A stretch of DNA of 64,000 nt from Gammaproteobacteria bacterium (GCA_045105615.1 JBGCDS010000030.1:16498-80497); one strand, 5' to 3'; numbered from the stretch's first letter, positions 10,386 to 21,027 are shown. Made by a program: numbers and translations. The notes: generated by a model not told the origin, from the letters alone.

Positions 10386-11444
10386 ATGTCTGATGAAGAA
10401 GTTTTGAGTCAAGAAGAAATGAATGACCTCGCAGGCAATGGTGTGAATAGTAAACCTGCTGTGAAGGAAGAGTTGTATGAGCAGGGTGAAGTTCTTCCGT
10501 ACGACTTCAAACAGCCAGAACATACTAAGCAATCACACTTTCCAACACTGCAGATAATTAATGAGAAAACTGCATTAGATTTGCGCGATAAGTTGGAGCT
10601 TATGCTTCAGCAGAAAATAGAAGTAAATGCGCAGGAAGCACATATTAATCGCTTTGGTGAATTTGTTCATTCACTTAGCACTCCTGTTGATATCAAGAAA
10701 ATTTATGTGCCTGAACTTAAAGGAAGTTTTCTAATTTGTTTTGATAATGGATTGATTGACTCGCTTATTGAAGGGTATTTTGGTGCGCCAGATATGGCGC
10801 CAGATATAAAAGCTGAAGAAGATGAGGGAGATGGTGATAAAGATAATTCTGATGAAGAGTCACAAACAGAGTCAGGTGAAATTTTAGAAAAAGAAGAATT
10901 TACAAATGCTGAATCTAGAATCAGTCAAAAGCTACTTAATTATGTATTGGAGAGTATGCAAGGAGGGTGGAAGCTATTGGGTGATTATTCTTTCAACTAT
11001 GAGAAAACTGAAAGCAACCCTCGCTTATTAAATCATTTAGATCATGAAGAACTCATGATTAATATCAATTTTGAATTGAAAATCAGAGACAAAATAAATG
11101 TAATTAGAGTGGGAATGCCATACAAGCTACTAGATAAAGTTAAACATAAGTTGCGCAGGGTTGTTCAAAATATTCAAGAGGCAGGTGATAAGAAATGGCT
11201 GGCTAAGTTGTATGACAAGTTGCAATCAGTGCCTATGGAACTGGTCGGTGAGCTTGGGCGTGTCGTATTGCCTGTGAATAAGCTAGTTGAACTAAAAGTT
11301 GGTGATACGTTAAAGATACAAAAACCTGAAAATATCACTATTTATGTAAATAAAACTCCTATATTGGCTGGCCAATTAGGAGAGTTGAATGGACAAACAG
11401 CAATCCAAGTAAATAATTGGATTAAGCCTGAAGTGAAAAAATAA
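10386..11444 (+). CDS. fliM: Flagellar motor switch protein FliM
   Basis: 352 aa. N-terminal CheY-P binding-like LSQEEMNDL. C-terminal SpoA domain. Contains an acidic insertion. Confidence 0.93.
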   Translation: MSDEEVLSQEEMNDLAGNGVNSKPAVKEELYEQGEVLPYDFKQPEHTKQSHFPTLQIINEKTALDLRDKLELMLQQKIEVNAQEAHINRFGEFVHSLSTPVDIKKIYVPELKGSFLICFDNGLIDSLIEGYFGAPDMAPDIKAEEDEGDGDKDNSDEESQTESGEILEKEEFTNAESRISQKLLNYVLESMQGGWKLLGDYSFNYEKTESNPRLLNHLDHEELMININFELKIRDKINVIRVGMPYKLLDKVKHKLRRVVQNIQEAGDKKWLAKLYDKLQSVPMELVGELGRVVLPVNKLVELKVGDTLKIQKPENITIYVNKTPILAGQLGELNGQTAIQVNNWIKPEVKK

Positions 11445-11457
11445 TAAAGGGATTGTT

Positions 11458-11814
11458 ATGAGTGAAGCAGAACAAGAGGTGAACGTGGATACAGATCAGG
11501 AGAGCATAGCAGATGAGAAAATTCTCGAAGCAGCAAGTGTTGATAATAATCCAAATTTAGACGTGATACTTAATATACCTGTGCAAGTTTCATTAGAGCT
11601 TGGTAAGGCAAAAATGGATTTAAGAGAACTTCTTCAATTAGGCCAAGGTTCAGTGGTTGAGTTGGAAAGAACTATTGATGAACCATTGGACGTACTCGTA
11701 AATGGAACGTTGGTAGCACGAGGGGAAGTAGTGGTTGTGGATAATAAGTTTGGTATTCGACTCACCGATATTGTTAGTCCAGAAAAACGCGTTCAAACAT
11801 TTAGTGGTTTATAA
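11458..11814 (+). CDS. fliN: Flagellar motor switch protein FliN
   Basis: 118 aa. SpoA domain VVELERTIDEPLDVLVNGTLVARGEVVVVDNKFGIRLTDIV. Confidence 0.95.
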   Translation: MSEAEQEVNVDTDQESIADEKILEAASVDNNPNLDVILNIPVQVSLELGKAKMDLRELLQLGQGSVVELERTIDEPLDVLVNGTLVARGEVVVVDNKFGIRLTDIVSPEKRVQTFSGL

Positions 11815-11818
11815 AGAA

Positions 11819-12256
11819 ATGAATTCAATGTTGATGAAAATGGCCTCGATAGCCATTTTAAATGTTGTTTATGTGCCTTGTTCATGGTCACAAGATCAAT
11901 TAAATGACACGTCTCTTGGATCTTATTCATGGGAGGCTATCAAAGTCATATTATCACTGGGCATTGTGCTAATAGCATTTTATCTCTTGGTTAATGCATT
12001 TAAGAAATATAGCGGAGTGTCAATTAAAGCAAATTCTTCAGTACATATCCTGGGAGGAATTTCGCTGGGAGGTAAGGAAAAGGTAGTCATTTTACAAGCG
12101 GGGAATGTGGATTTTTTATTGGGAGTTTCAGGTGCTGGTGTTAATAAACTGCATCAGTTTGAACCTGGTGAGCTTGACTCGCATGATGAAGGTCAAAAAA
12201 ATCACATTAGCTTCAATCAGCAGATTGAAAAAATTCTAGGCAAGAAGTCATCATGA
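11819..12256 (+). CDS. fliO: Flagellar biosynthesis protein FliO
   Basis: About 145 aa with a single TM helix, located between fliN and fliP. ATG 11819 is chosen because the track start 11735 would overlap fliN by 80 nt. Confidence 0.75.
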   Translation: MNSMLMKMASIAILNVVYVPCSWSQDQLNDTSLGSYSWEAIKVILSLGIVLIAFYLLVNAFKKYSGVSIKANSSVHILGGISLGGKEKVVILQAGNVDFLLGVSGAGVNKLHQFEPGELDSHDEGQKNHISFNQQIEKILGKKSS

Positions 12257-12984
12257 AGATTTTGTCAATATTTTTTGTATTTTTGATTTCTAATTCACTT
12301 TATGCAGCGCCTGGTCTGGAAGCGCTAACTGTTGAAACAACAGTCGATGGGGATCAGAAGTATTCACTAAGCTTGCAAGCATTAGTGCTAATGACGGTGC
12401 TGAGCCTGTTGCCTGCGGCATTATTAATGATGACTTCTTTTACTCGTATCATTATTGTTTTAGCAATTCTTAGGCAGGCACTAGGAACAGCGCAGACACC
12501 TTCTAATCAAATCCTTCTAGGATTAGCCCTGTTTGTTACTGTTTTTATTATGTCGCCAGTATTGCAAGAAATTAACGAAACAGCGGCGCAACCGTATTAC
12601 GCAGAAACTATTTCAGCTAATCAGGCGATACAACTAGCGAAAAAACCAGTCATGGAGTTCATGATGGCTCAAACGAGAGAGGCTGATATTTCTATGTTTA
12701 TTGAAATGTCTGGTATTGAAGGCATTGATGGTCCGGAAAATGTCCCATTGACTGTATTGCTACCTTCTTTTGTTACTAGCGAATTAAAAACAGCTTTCCA
12801 AATTGGATTCTTAGTGTTTCTTCCGTTTTTAATTATAGATTTAGTTGTTGCGAGTGTGTTGATGTCGATGGGTATGATGATGTTGTCCCCATTAATTATT
12901 TCTCTACCTTTTAAGCTAATGCTATTTGTAATGGTTGATGGTTGGTCAATGATTATCGGTAGCTTAGCATCTAGTTTCTTATAA
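12253..12984 (+). CDS. fliP: Flagellar type III export apparatus protein FliP
   Basis: Signal peptide plus the conserved [17 protein letters not shown] segment. 243 aa. Confidence 0.95.
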   Translation: MKILSIFFVFLISNSLYAAPGLEALTVETTVDGDQKYSLSLQALVLMTVLSLLPAALLMMTSFTRIIIVLAILRQALGTAQTPSNQILLGLALFVTVFIMSPVLQEINETAAQPYYAETISANQAIQLAKKPVMEFMMAQTREADISMFIEMSGIEGIDGPENVPLTVLLPSFVTSELKTAFQIGFLVFLPFLIIDLVVASVLMSMGMMMLSPLIISLPFKLMLFVMVDGWSMIIGSLASSFL

Positions 12985-12989
12985 TTATT

Positions 12990-13259
12990 ATGACTCCAGA
13001 ATCCGTATTAGATCTTACTCAAAATGCTATGTGGACTGCAGTGATTGTTGCTGGTCCTATGTTGATGGTTGCGTTAGCAGTTGGTTTGGTGATTGGTATG
13101 TTTCAAGCCGCAACACAAATTAATGAAATGACATTGAGTTTTATTCCAAAGCTTTTTGCGTTGTTCTTAACATTAGTCATGGCAGGACCATGGTTGCTGT
13201 CAACATTAATGAACTATACACAACAATTGTTATTAAGTATTCCGAGTGTGATTGGTTGA
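12990..13259 (+). CDS. fliQ: Flagellar export apparatus protein FliQ
   Basis: 89 aa, two TM helices, conserved position. Confidence 0.93.
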   Translation: MTPESVLDLTQNAMWTAVIVAGPMLMVALAVGLVIGMFQAATQINEMTLSFIPKLFALFLTLVMAGPWLLSTLMNYTQQLLLSIPSVIG

Positions 13260-13266
13260 TTGAGCT

Positions 13267-14028
13267 ATGCAGGCGGGATATTTAATTAATTATTTGAGTG
13301 ACTTTATGTGGCCATTTGCCAGAGTCACAGGGCTGTTGTTGATTGCTCCATTGATTGGTAGCTCTTACATTCCTTTATATATAAAAATATTAGTTGCTAC
13401 TGCAATTACTATATTTGTATACCCGTTAGTTACATTCCCATCTAATGTTGATCCTTTGACAATTAACGGCGTGATTATCTTAATGCAACAGATAATGATT
13501 GGTTTGACTATCGGCCTGATTATGCAGATTGCTTTTAGTGCAATCACAATTGCAGGTGAAAACATCGCATTAACCATGGGTTTGGGTTTTGCTTCGATGA
13601 CAGATCCAGCTAATGGCGTCACTATTCCGGTTGTCAGTCAACTAATGACTGTATTTGCTTCGCTATATTTCTTGGCTTTGAATGGACATATCGCTTTAAT
13701 TGAACTGCTAATAAACAGTTTTATTTTTTTACCTATAGATGGTTTGTTTTCATTAGATACTGCTATGGCTGTCGCTGAGTGGGGAGGTCGTATGTTTATC
13801 GGTGCGTTGATGGTTTGTATACCTGCTGTTACTGCACTATTGGTGATTAACGTTGCTATGGGGCTTATGACTCGTGTGGCACCTCAGATGAATGTATTTT
13901 CAGTTGGTTTTCCATTAACTATGATGCTTGGGTTTATATTTATCGCGATTAGTATTCCTATGGCAATGCGCATATTTCAAGATCTGCTTGAACAGTCATC
14001 CGAATATATTATTTTTCTCTTTAACTGA
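13267..14028 (+). CDS. fliR: Flagellar export apparatus protein FliR
   Basis: 253-aa polytopic membrane protein in the conserved position. Confidence 0.92.
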   Translation: MQAGYLINYLSDFMWPFARVTGLLLIAPLIGSSYIPLYIKILVATAITIFVYPLVTFPSNVDPLTINGVIILMQQIMIGLTIGLIMQIAFSAITIAGENIALTMGLGFASMTDPANGVTIPVVSQLMTVFASLYFLALNGHIALIELLINSFIFLPIDGLFSLDTAMAVAEWGGRMFIGALMVCIPAVTALLVINVAMGLMTRVAPQMNVFSVGFPLTMMLGFIFIAISIPMAMRIFQDLLEQSSEYIIFLFN

Positions 14029-14039
14029 TGGAATGAATC

Positions 14040-15167
14040 ATGGCAGATAACACATCAGATCAGGAGAAAACCGAAGAACCGAGTGCCAAACGGCTTCTCG
14101 ATGCTAAGAAGAAAGGTCAGGTCCCTCGATCAAGAGAGTTAAGTGTCACTATTGCAAGTCTCGGAGGAGGCCTATTGTTTTTGTCTTCAATGGGTGAGAT
14201 TCAAGGTGCGATAGAAAAAGTTTTTGATAAAAGTTATGTGATTACAAATCGTAGCATGTTGAGTAATGCTTATATTCTTGACGTGTTTGGCGCTACATTT
14301 ACAGAAGTGCTAATGAGTTTATCATTTATGTTTTTCTTTTTAATGATTATTGTTGTTGCTGGGCCAGCATTGATAGGTGGATGGTCATTTAGCCTTTCTT
14401 CTATGAGTTTTAAAGCCTCAAAATTGAATCCAATGAGTGGGTTTAAACGCATGTTTGGCACCAATGGTTTGATAGAGCTAATTAAATCTGTTCTCAAAGT
14501 TGTTTTGGTTGCTGCAATATCATATGCATTTATAACCTCCTACCAAGATGAGTTTTTAGCATTAGCAAGTGAACATCATGATAAAGCGATAATTCATTCT
14601 GTAACAATTGTCGTTAGTAGTTATCTATACATAGCTTTAGGTTTGATAGTAATTGTTGGCATAGATGTGCCTTACCAGCTATGGAACCACAAAAAGCAAT
14701 TAAAAATGAGCTTGCAAGAACTCAAGGATGAATATAAGGAGACTGAAGGAAATCCTGAGTCTAAGGCGCGAACACGAGGTTTGCAAAGAGAAATTTCGCA
14801 AAGAAAAATGCTGCAAGAAGTGCCCAATGCAGACGTTATTATTGTTAATCCAACTCACTTCAGTGTGGCCTTGCGTTATGACGCTACTAAAGATTCAGCG
14901 CCTATATTGGTGGCTAAAGGCGTTGACAATATGGCGATGAAAATTAGAGAGATTGGTACAGCTCATGATGTACCGGTATTTACTGCGCCATTATTAGCTA
15001 GGGCAATTTATCACACGACAGAGGTTGATAAAGAAGTAGTCTCAGATCTGTATGTGGCTGTAGCTAAAGTGCTTGCATATGTATTCCAGCTGAAAAATGC
15101 GAAACCTGGTAATTACCCAAACCCACCTACAGATTTAACTATTCCTAGAGAATATAGGGCTTATTAG
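14040..15167 (+). CDS. flhB: Flagellar export switch protein FlhB
   Basis: 375 aa. Four TM helices and the NPTH autocleavage site (VIIVNPTHFSVAL). Confidence 0.95.
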   Translation: MADNTSDQEKTEEPSAKRLLDAKKKGQVPRSRELSVTIASLGGGLLFLSSMGEIQGAIEKVFDKSYVITNRSMLSNAYILDVFGATFTEVLMSLSFMFFFLMIIVVAGPALIGGWSFSLSSMSFKASKLNPMSGFKRMFGTNGLIELIKSVLKVVLVAAISYAFITSYQDEFLALASEHHDKAIIHSVTIVVSSYLYIALGLIVIVGIDVPYQLWNHKKQLKMSLQELKDEYKETEGNPESKARTRGLQREISQRKMLQEVPNADVIIVNPTHFSVALRYDATKDSAPILVAKGVDNMAMKIREIGTAHDVPVFTAPLLARAIYHTTEVDKEVVSDLYVAVAKVLAYVFQLKNAKPGNYPNPPTDLTIPREYRAY

Positions 15168-15170
15168 AAA

Positions 15171-17285
15171 ATGAATTTTTTCGACATGATTAGAGCATTC
15201 ATCAAAAATGGACTCGGTACGCCAATACTATTAGTCATGATGCTGATGATGTTAATTGTACCTATACCGCCATTTGGATTGGATATCTTATTTACATTTA
15301 ACATTACACTTTCTCTGATAGTTATCTTGGTGACTATCTATACTATGCGCCCATTAGATTTTGCTGTATTCCCTACCGTGTTATTAATTGCAACCATGAT
15401 GCGATTAGGTTTGAATGTAGCTTCTACACGTGTTGTGCTAATCGAAGGTCATACCGGTTCAGATGCAGCAGGATCGGTGATTCAATCATTTGGCGACTTT
15501 GTAATTGGTGGTAATTATGCAGTCGGTATTGTTGTTTTTGCGATTCTAATCATTATTAACTTTGTTGTAGTGACTAAAGGTGCAGGGCGTGTATCTGAAG
15601 TAAGCGCGCGCTTCACATTAGATGCTATGCCAGGTAAACAGATGGCCATTGATGCTGATCTAAATGCAGGATTGATTGATCAACATCAAGCTAAAGCAAG
15701 ACGTGAAGATATATCAAATGAAGCTGATTTCTATGGTTCTATGGATGGTGCGAGTAAGTTCGTTCGTGGTGATGCAATTGCAGGGATTTTAATCGTATTT
15801 ATAAATATTGCTGGTGGTTTGATCATTGGCATGGTGCAGCATGGTTTATCGCTTGAAGTAGCTACACAGAACTATTTGTTGTTAACCGTAGGCGATGGCT
15901 TGGTTGCGCAAATTCCTTCATTACTACTCTCGACTGCAACTGCAATTATTGTAACACGCGTATCATCTTCTCAAGATATGAGTAAACACGTAATCACTCA
16001 GATGTTTGATGATAAAAGAGCATTGGGTGTGTCTGCAGCGATTATTGGTGGATTAGGATTGATACCAGGAATGCCAAATATTGCATTTCTAACACTTGGT
16101 GCAATCGCTGGTGGTGCTGCGTTTTGGATGAATATTAATAAATCTAAGCTCGCAAATGCTGTTGAAGAAGAAGTAGAGCCGCCTGCACCTAGTGAAGAGA
16201 ATGCAGATATTAGTTGGGACGATATGCAGTCGGTAGACAAGATTGGATTAGAAGTTGGATACAAGTTAATTCCATTAGTAGATCGTAAACAAAATGGTCA
16301 ATTAATGGGAAGAATTAAAGGTGTAAGGAAAAAGCTTTCACAAGAACTAGGCTTTTTAATACAGCCTGTGCATATTCGAGATAATTTAGATCTTAGTCCT
16401 AATGTTTATCGCATTACATTATTAGGCGTTAACGAAGGTGAGGGTGAAATCTATCCAGATCGTGAGTTAGCGATTAATCCAGGCTCAACTACCAGTGAAT
16501 TAAAAGGTATTAAAACTACTGATCCAGCCTTCGGTATGGATGCTGTTTGGATTGAAGCTAATCAGAAAGATTATGCTCAAAGTAATGGTTATACCGTAGT
16601 TGACCCTGCCACGGTCATAGCAACCCACATTAATAAGATCCTACGCGACCACGCAAGCTCTATGTTGGGTTACGACGAAGTCCAAATGATATTAGATAAT
16701 CTTGGTGAAAAGTCTCCTAAGCTAGTTGAAGACTTAGTGCCTAAAGCATTGCCGATCGGAACCATCACTAAAGTGCTGCAAAATCTATTACAAGAGGGTG
16801 TTTCTATTAGAGACATTAGAACTATTTCTGAAACGCTGCTAGATGCGGCAAATACTAGTCAAGATGGTGACGCTTTAACTGCAATTGTGAGGGTCGCACT
16901 TAGGCGAATGATTGTTCAAGGTATCAATGGAATGCGCTCTGAACTGTCAGTTTTCACAATTGATCCAAAACTGGAACAGTTATTGCAGAAGTCAGTACAA
17001 GGGAATAATGACGGATATTTGATGATTGAACCAGGATTAGCTGAGAAGTTGCAGCAAGGTGTTAGAGAGTCTGCGCAAAAGTTACAAGCGATAGGTCTCC
17101 CTGCAGTATTGGTGGTTTCTAAGGGACTTAGAACGATGCTGTCACGTTTGTTTTCAAATACAGTCACGGATTTACATGTGATTGCATATGAAGAGATCCC
17201 TGAGTCAAAACAGATAAAAATAGTAGCAAACGTCGGTGATGAAACAGAACCGGCAGAACCCAATATGATTGGTGTGACAGCATAA
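15171..17285 (+). CDS. flhA: Flagellar export gate protein FlhA
   Basis: 704 aa. FHIPEP-family segment ARFTLDAMPGKQMAIDADL and a large cytoplasmic C-terminal domain. Confidence 0.96.
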   Translation: MNFFDMIRAFIKNGLGTPILLVMMLMMLIVPIPPFGLDILFTFNITLSLIVILVTIYTMRPLDFAVFPTVLLIATMMRLGLNVASTRVVLIEGHTGSDAAGSVIQSFGDFVIGGNYAVGIVVFAILIIINFVVVTKGAGRVSEVSARFTLDAMPGKQMAIDADLNAGLIDQHQAKARREDISNEADFYGSMDGASKFVRGDAIAGILIVFINIAGGLIIGMVQHGLSLEVATQNYLLLTVGDGLVAQIPSLLLSTATAIIVTRVSSSQDMSKHVITQMFDDKRALGVSAAIIGGLGLIPGMPNIAFLTLGAIAGGAAFWMNINKSKLANAVEEEVEPPAPSEENADISWDDMQSVDKIGLEVGYKLIPLVDRKQNGQLMGRIKGVRKKLSQELGFLIQPVHIRDNLDLSPNVYRITLLGVNEGEGEIYPDRELAINPGSTTSELKGIKTTDPAFGMDAVWIEANQKDYAQSNGYTVVDPATVIATHINKILRDHASSMLGYDEVQMILDNLGEKSPKLVEDLVPKALPIGTITKVLQNLLQEGVSIRDIRTISETLLDAANTSQDGDALTAIVRVALRRMIVQGINGMRSELSVFTIDPKLEQLLQKSVQGNNDGYLMIEPGLAEKLQQGVRESAQKLQAIGLPAVLVVSKGLRTMLSRLFSNTVTDLHVIAYEEIPESKQIKIVANVGDETEPAEPNMIGVTA

Positions 17286-17320
17286 AACGCATATATGAGA
17301 TAACGGCACGGAGTTAAATA

Positions 17321-18760
17321 ATGGAAATTAAACGAATCAAAGAGAAATCAATTCATGATGCTATACAAAAGGTGCGTGAAGAATTAGGACCAGAAGCAGT
17401 TATCCTGTCGACGGAAAAAAATAGACATGGAGTGGAAATTATTGCCGCTTTAGACTTTGATGCCAGCGTATTAGAAGAAAAATTAATAGAAACAAATCAA
17501 CATGCAACGGCTGAAGAGTCACAGACATTAATTAGTGAAGAGACATTGTCTGATGCGATAGAAAAAAGCATCGAAAAGCAGTTTTCGGCACAGATGAATA
17601 AGATTAGTGAAACGATTGTTAATTTTCAAATTGACAGCAACCAAGAACGAAATAAGCTCTACGACAGTTTGAACCAAAAGATTGACACATTGCATAAGTC
17701 TGTTGAAGAGAAATATATAGAACAGCAGCGCGCACGAACAGAAAATTTCTCTGTATTGCAAAAGCAAGTGACACAATTGCGTGATGAGTTTACTGATTAC
17801 ATGACTAGTGCATTACCTGATGAAATGAACTCTATTATGCAGATACATGAAGAAATAGGTGATTTGAAAGATGTCCTGGGATGTCAGACTAAGTTATTAG
17901 ATTGGGCTAAATGGGGGAAGAACAACCCTAGTGGTATTTCACTTATTTCAAGACTAGTCAATGCCGGTTTTGGTGTTGGGTTAAGCAAAAATGTGATGAG
18001 CAATATTAGTGATATTTCCGATAGCGAGACTGCTTGGAGAAATGTTATAGAATTATTGACGACTGGAATCAAGACGCCTGACATTAATGTGCAGCAAGAA
18101 GGTGGAGTTGTCATGGCATTAGGAAGAACAGGTGTTGGCAAAACAACTACATTAGCTAAGATTGCAACTAAATACGTGATTGAGAATGGACCTAATGATG
18201 TTGTGTTTATCAATTTAGATGGCAAGCGTGTAGGTGGATTCGATCAACTAGATACCTATGGGCGCATTCTTAATGTCCCCGTCTATCGGTTTGATGGTGA
18301 AGAAAATATACGTAGTATTTTAAAAATCATTCGTAGTAAAGCATTGGTGTTGATTGATACGGCTGGTGTGACGGAGCCTGATAAAGAAATAGAAAGCTTC
18401 ATTAGTAGTCTGTCTAGAAATAAAGTTGATGTACATAAATTACTTTTGATGAGTGCAAATACTCAATTGCATAACTTGAAGGAGATTGTTGATGGATTTA
18501 AAAAATGTCAGCCAAATGGTTGTGTGATTACTAAAACTGATGAGTCATCACAGCTGGGTAATGTCATTACTGTGTCAATAGAAGATGACTTGCCTGTATA
18601 TTTTGAAACATTTGGTCAACAGGTGCCTGAAGATATTACGTGCGTTGAGCCTTCTTCTTTAATTCAGAGAGCTATAGATAATAAAAATCATAATGAGATA
18701 CTTGCTTCAGAAGACAGCTTGTTATTGGAGGGATTAAATCAGAATGGAATTACAGACTAA
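17321..18760 (+). CDS. flhF: Flagellar SRP-like GTPase FlhF
   Basis: 479 aa. G1 GRTGVGKTTT, DTAG, TKTDE. Confidence 0.92.
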   Translation: MEIKRIKEKSIHDAIQKVREELGPEAVILSTEKNRHGVEIIAALDFDASVLEEKLIETNQHATAEESQTLISEETLSDAIEKSIEKQFSAQMNKISETIVNFQIDSNQERNKLYDSLNQKIDTLHKSVEEKYIEQQRARTENFSVLQKQVTQLRDEFTDYMTSALPDEMNSIMQIHEEIGDLKDVLGCQTKLLDWAKWGKNNPSGISLISRLVNAGFGVGLSKNVMSNISDISDSETAWRNVIELLTTGIKTPDINVQQEGGVVMALGRTGVGKTTTLAKIATKYVIENGPNDVVFINLDGKRVGGFDQLDTYGRILNVPVYRFDGEENIRSILKIIRSKALVLIDTAGVTEPDKEIESFISSLSRNKVDVHKLLLMSANTQLHNLKEIVDGFKKCQPNGCVITKTDESSQLGNVITVSIEDDLPVYFETFGQQVPEDITCVEPSSLIQRAIDNKNHNEILASEDSLLLEGLNQNGITD

Positions 18761-19619
18761 TATAACAACACAGAATAATAATATTATGAATTCAGCTCAA
18801 TTATCTGTTGCAGAACACAAGGTACGCTGCATAGCAATTACTGGTGGTAAAGGTGGCGTGGGTAAAACAAATATATCGATAAACCTGGCCACTAGTTTTT
18901 CACGATTAAATAAGCGTGTCATGTTGTTAGATGCGGATTTTGGTTTGGCCAATGTGGACGTGGTTTTAGGTCTTACGCCAGAACACAACCTTTTACATGT
19001 AATTGAAAATAAGTGCACATTACAAGATGTCTTATTGGATGGCCCCGAGAATATTAAGATTGTGCCTGCATCATCCGGTGTTAAGAGGATGGCAAATCTA
19101 AATAGTCTAGAACAAAGCGGCTTGATTTCTGCTTTTAGTGAAATGGGTGATCAAGTTGATGTAATGATTATTGATACAGCGGCTGGTATTAGCGATAGCG
19201 TTGTTCATTTTGCTAGAGCCGCCGGTGAAGTGGTCGTTGTTGTATGCGATGAACCTGCATCAATTGCAGATGCCTATGCGTTGATCAAAGTCTTAAGCCG
19301 CGATTATGCAGTGAATAAGGTTAGTGTGATATCAAACCAAGTTGAATCAAAAGCACATGGTGAGATGTTGTTTAATCAGATTCTAAGAGTGATCAACAAG
19401 TACTTGGATGTATCTGTTAGTTATTTAGGCGCAGTACCTGATGACGCTTATTTGAAAAAAGCGGTAAAGAGACAATTGGCGGTTACCTGTGCTTATCCTA
19501 GATCGCGAGCATCTGAAGCATTTAAGGAAATTGCAAAGAAAATAAATAGTAAAAAAATAGAAGAATTTTCCTCCGGGAATTTAGAGTTTTTTGCGGAACA
19601 ACTAGTCAATATAAATTAA
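18744..19619 (+). CDS. flhG: MinD/ParA-type ATPase FlhG (FleN), flagellar number regulator
   Basis: Deviant Walker A GGKGGVGKT. Position between flhF and fliA. An alternative ATG at 18786 would avoid the 17-nt overlap with flhF. Confidence 0.9.
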   Translation: MELQTNITTQNNNIMNSAQLSVAEHKVRCIAITGGKGGVGKTNISINLATSFSRLNKRVMLLDADFGLANVDVVLGLTPEHNLLHVIENKCTLQDVLLDGPENIKIVPASSGVKRMANLNSLEQSGLISAFSEMGDQVDVMIIDTAAGISDSVVHFARAAGEVVVVVCDEPASIADAYALIKVLSRDYAVNKVSVISNQVESKAHGEMLFNQILRVINKYLDVSVSYLGAVPDDAYLKKAVKRQLAVTCAYPRSRASEAFKEIAKKINSKKIEEFSSGNLEFFAEQLVNIN

Positions 19620-19647
19620 CTATAAAGTTGCGAAAGGGAAGTCAAGG

Positions 19648-20379
19648 ATGAATGCTCACACAATGTACATGAATGTACAGCAAGAGACATCAGCAGATGA
19701 GTTAGTAACTCGTCATGCACCGTTAGTTAAACGAGTTGCCTACCATTTAAAAGGTAGGCTGCCAGATTCAGTTCAAGTAGATGATCTAATTCAATCTGGT
19801 ATGTTGGGTTTGCTAGAAGCAGCCAAGAATTTCGATTCTACACAGGGTGCTAGCTTTGAAACATATGCTGGAATAAGAATTCGTGGTGCAATGTTAGATG
19901 AAATTAGATTGGGTGATTGGACGCCAAGATCTGTTCATCGTAAAGCACGTGAATTAAATCAAGCGATAAAGACAATTGAGGATAGGAAATTAGGGAATGC
20001 ATCTGACAGTGAAATAGCTAAAGAAATGGGTGTTTCATTAGATGAATTCAATAAAATTTTAAGGAACGCATCTGTATCTAAAATATTTAGTATAGATGAT
20101 GGGGAGGTGGAACATGATTACAACGGTAATATGTCTACCAAGGTCCAGCCGGAAACAATTTACAAAAGAGAAGAGCTTGCTTATGCGTTAGAGGGAATTA
20201 TAGATGACTTGCCTGAAAGGGAGCGTTTAGTGATGTCCTTTTATTATGAAGAGCAAATGAACTTGAGAGAGATTGGTGAAGTACTAGGTGTGAGTGAGTC
20301 ACGTGTTTCACAGATTCATGGCAAAGCACTTATTACCATTAGATCAAGAGTTCAAAATAGCTTTGATAATATAAAATAA
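19648..20379 (+). CDS. fliA: Flagellar sigma-28 factor FliA
   Basis: 243 aa. Region 2 DDLIQSGMLGLLEA. Region 4.2 HTH LNLREIGEVLGVSESRVSQIH. Confidence 0.93.
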   Translation: MNAHTMYMNVQQETSADELVTRHAPLVKRVAYHLKGRLPDSVQVDDLIQSGMLGLLEAAKNFDSTQGASFETYAGIRIRGAMLDEIRLGDWTPRSVHRKARELNQAIKTIEDRKLGNASDSEIAKEMGVSLDEFNKILRNASVSKIFSIDDGEVEHDYNGNMSTKVQPETIYKREELAYALEGIIDDLPERERLVMSFYYEEQMNLREIGEVLGVSESRVSQIHGKALITIRSRVQNSFDNIK

Positions 20380-20446
20380 CAATGAATATTGTGAGTCGTG
20401 CAATGAGAACAATACGTGAGGTGTGTAAATTTAATGGAGCATACTC

Positions 20447-20605
20447 ATGGACGACAATCGAATTAAACAGGTTAACCCTTCACTTGCTAGGTTGAAATAC
20501 GACCCTAATCGTAAAAATAATAGTGAGAAGAAGAAAAAACATCAACCAAAAAAACTACATGAACCAGATAACAGCAATGAAAATGGTTTTGATGACTTTG
20601 CATAA
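20447..20605 (+). CDS. Unlisted 52-aa Lys-rich hypothetical protein
   Basis: My own translation is MDDNRIKQVNPSLARLKYDPNRKNNSEKKKKHQPKKLHEPDNSNENGFDDFA. GGAG lies 6-7 nt upstream of the ATG. The ORF fills the gap between fliA and the next gene and is below the track length cut-off. Confidence 0.35.
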   Translation: MDDNRIKQVNPSLARLKYDPNRKNNSEKKKKHQPKKLHEPDNSNENGFDDFA

Positions 20606-20616
20606 AGGATAATAAT

Positions 20617-21027
20617 ATGGATTACTCAATTTCAGACGATGATTTGTTTTCTACCAAACCTTCTTTTTTTGAAAGAATGTCTGCTGTGATTACAGATAAA
20701 TTTATTGGTAAGAAACCAACACTAGATACGCAAATAGATGGTTTGCGAGCTGATTATGCAATGGCAATGGATCATTGTCAGATGATGAAGCAACACATTC
20801 AAGAATTAGAAAATAAATTGGATAATGTGACAGCGACAATGGATTTGCGTCCAGAGGCGATTGAGCCTGAAGTGCCTTATTCGACTGCCATTGTATTGGC
20901 TAAACGTGGCTGTGATAAACGAGAAATTCAAGAAGCCTGTGGGTTAACAGACTCTGAAGCTGACTTGATTTTAACCCTGCATAATAAAACCCATGGGCAG
21001 ATGTCAAATAGCATGTTGGCTAATTAA
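20617..21027 (+). CDS. DUF2802-like protein (family normally at the end of polar flagellar/chemotaxis clusters)
   Basis: 136 aa with a central coiled coil. C-terminal HTH-like segment VLAKRGCDKREIQEACGLTDSEADLILTLH resembles the DUF2802 signature as I recall it. AAGGA RBS. Confidence 0.5.
   Translation: MDYSISDDDLFSTKPSFFERMSAVITDKFIGKKPTLDTQIDGLRADYAMAMDHCQMMKQHIQELENKLDNVTATMDLRPEAIEPEVPYSTAIVLAKRGCDKREIQEACGLTDSEADLILTLHNKTHGQMSNSMLAN

Noticed and set aside
11735-11818. Extended 5' starts proposed by the ORF track for fliO (11735), ureF (22707), the MBL gene (44320), mug (44164), yihY (50811), cbiX (40673), fliI (5971) and the MerR-like gene (32619).
   Set aside because: These starts overlap the preceding gene substantially or use TTG/GTG without an RBS. 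In-frame downstream ATGs coincide with the conserved N-termini of the families.
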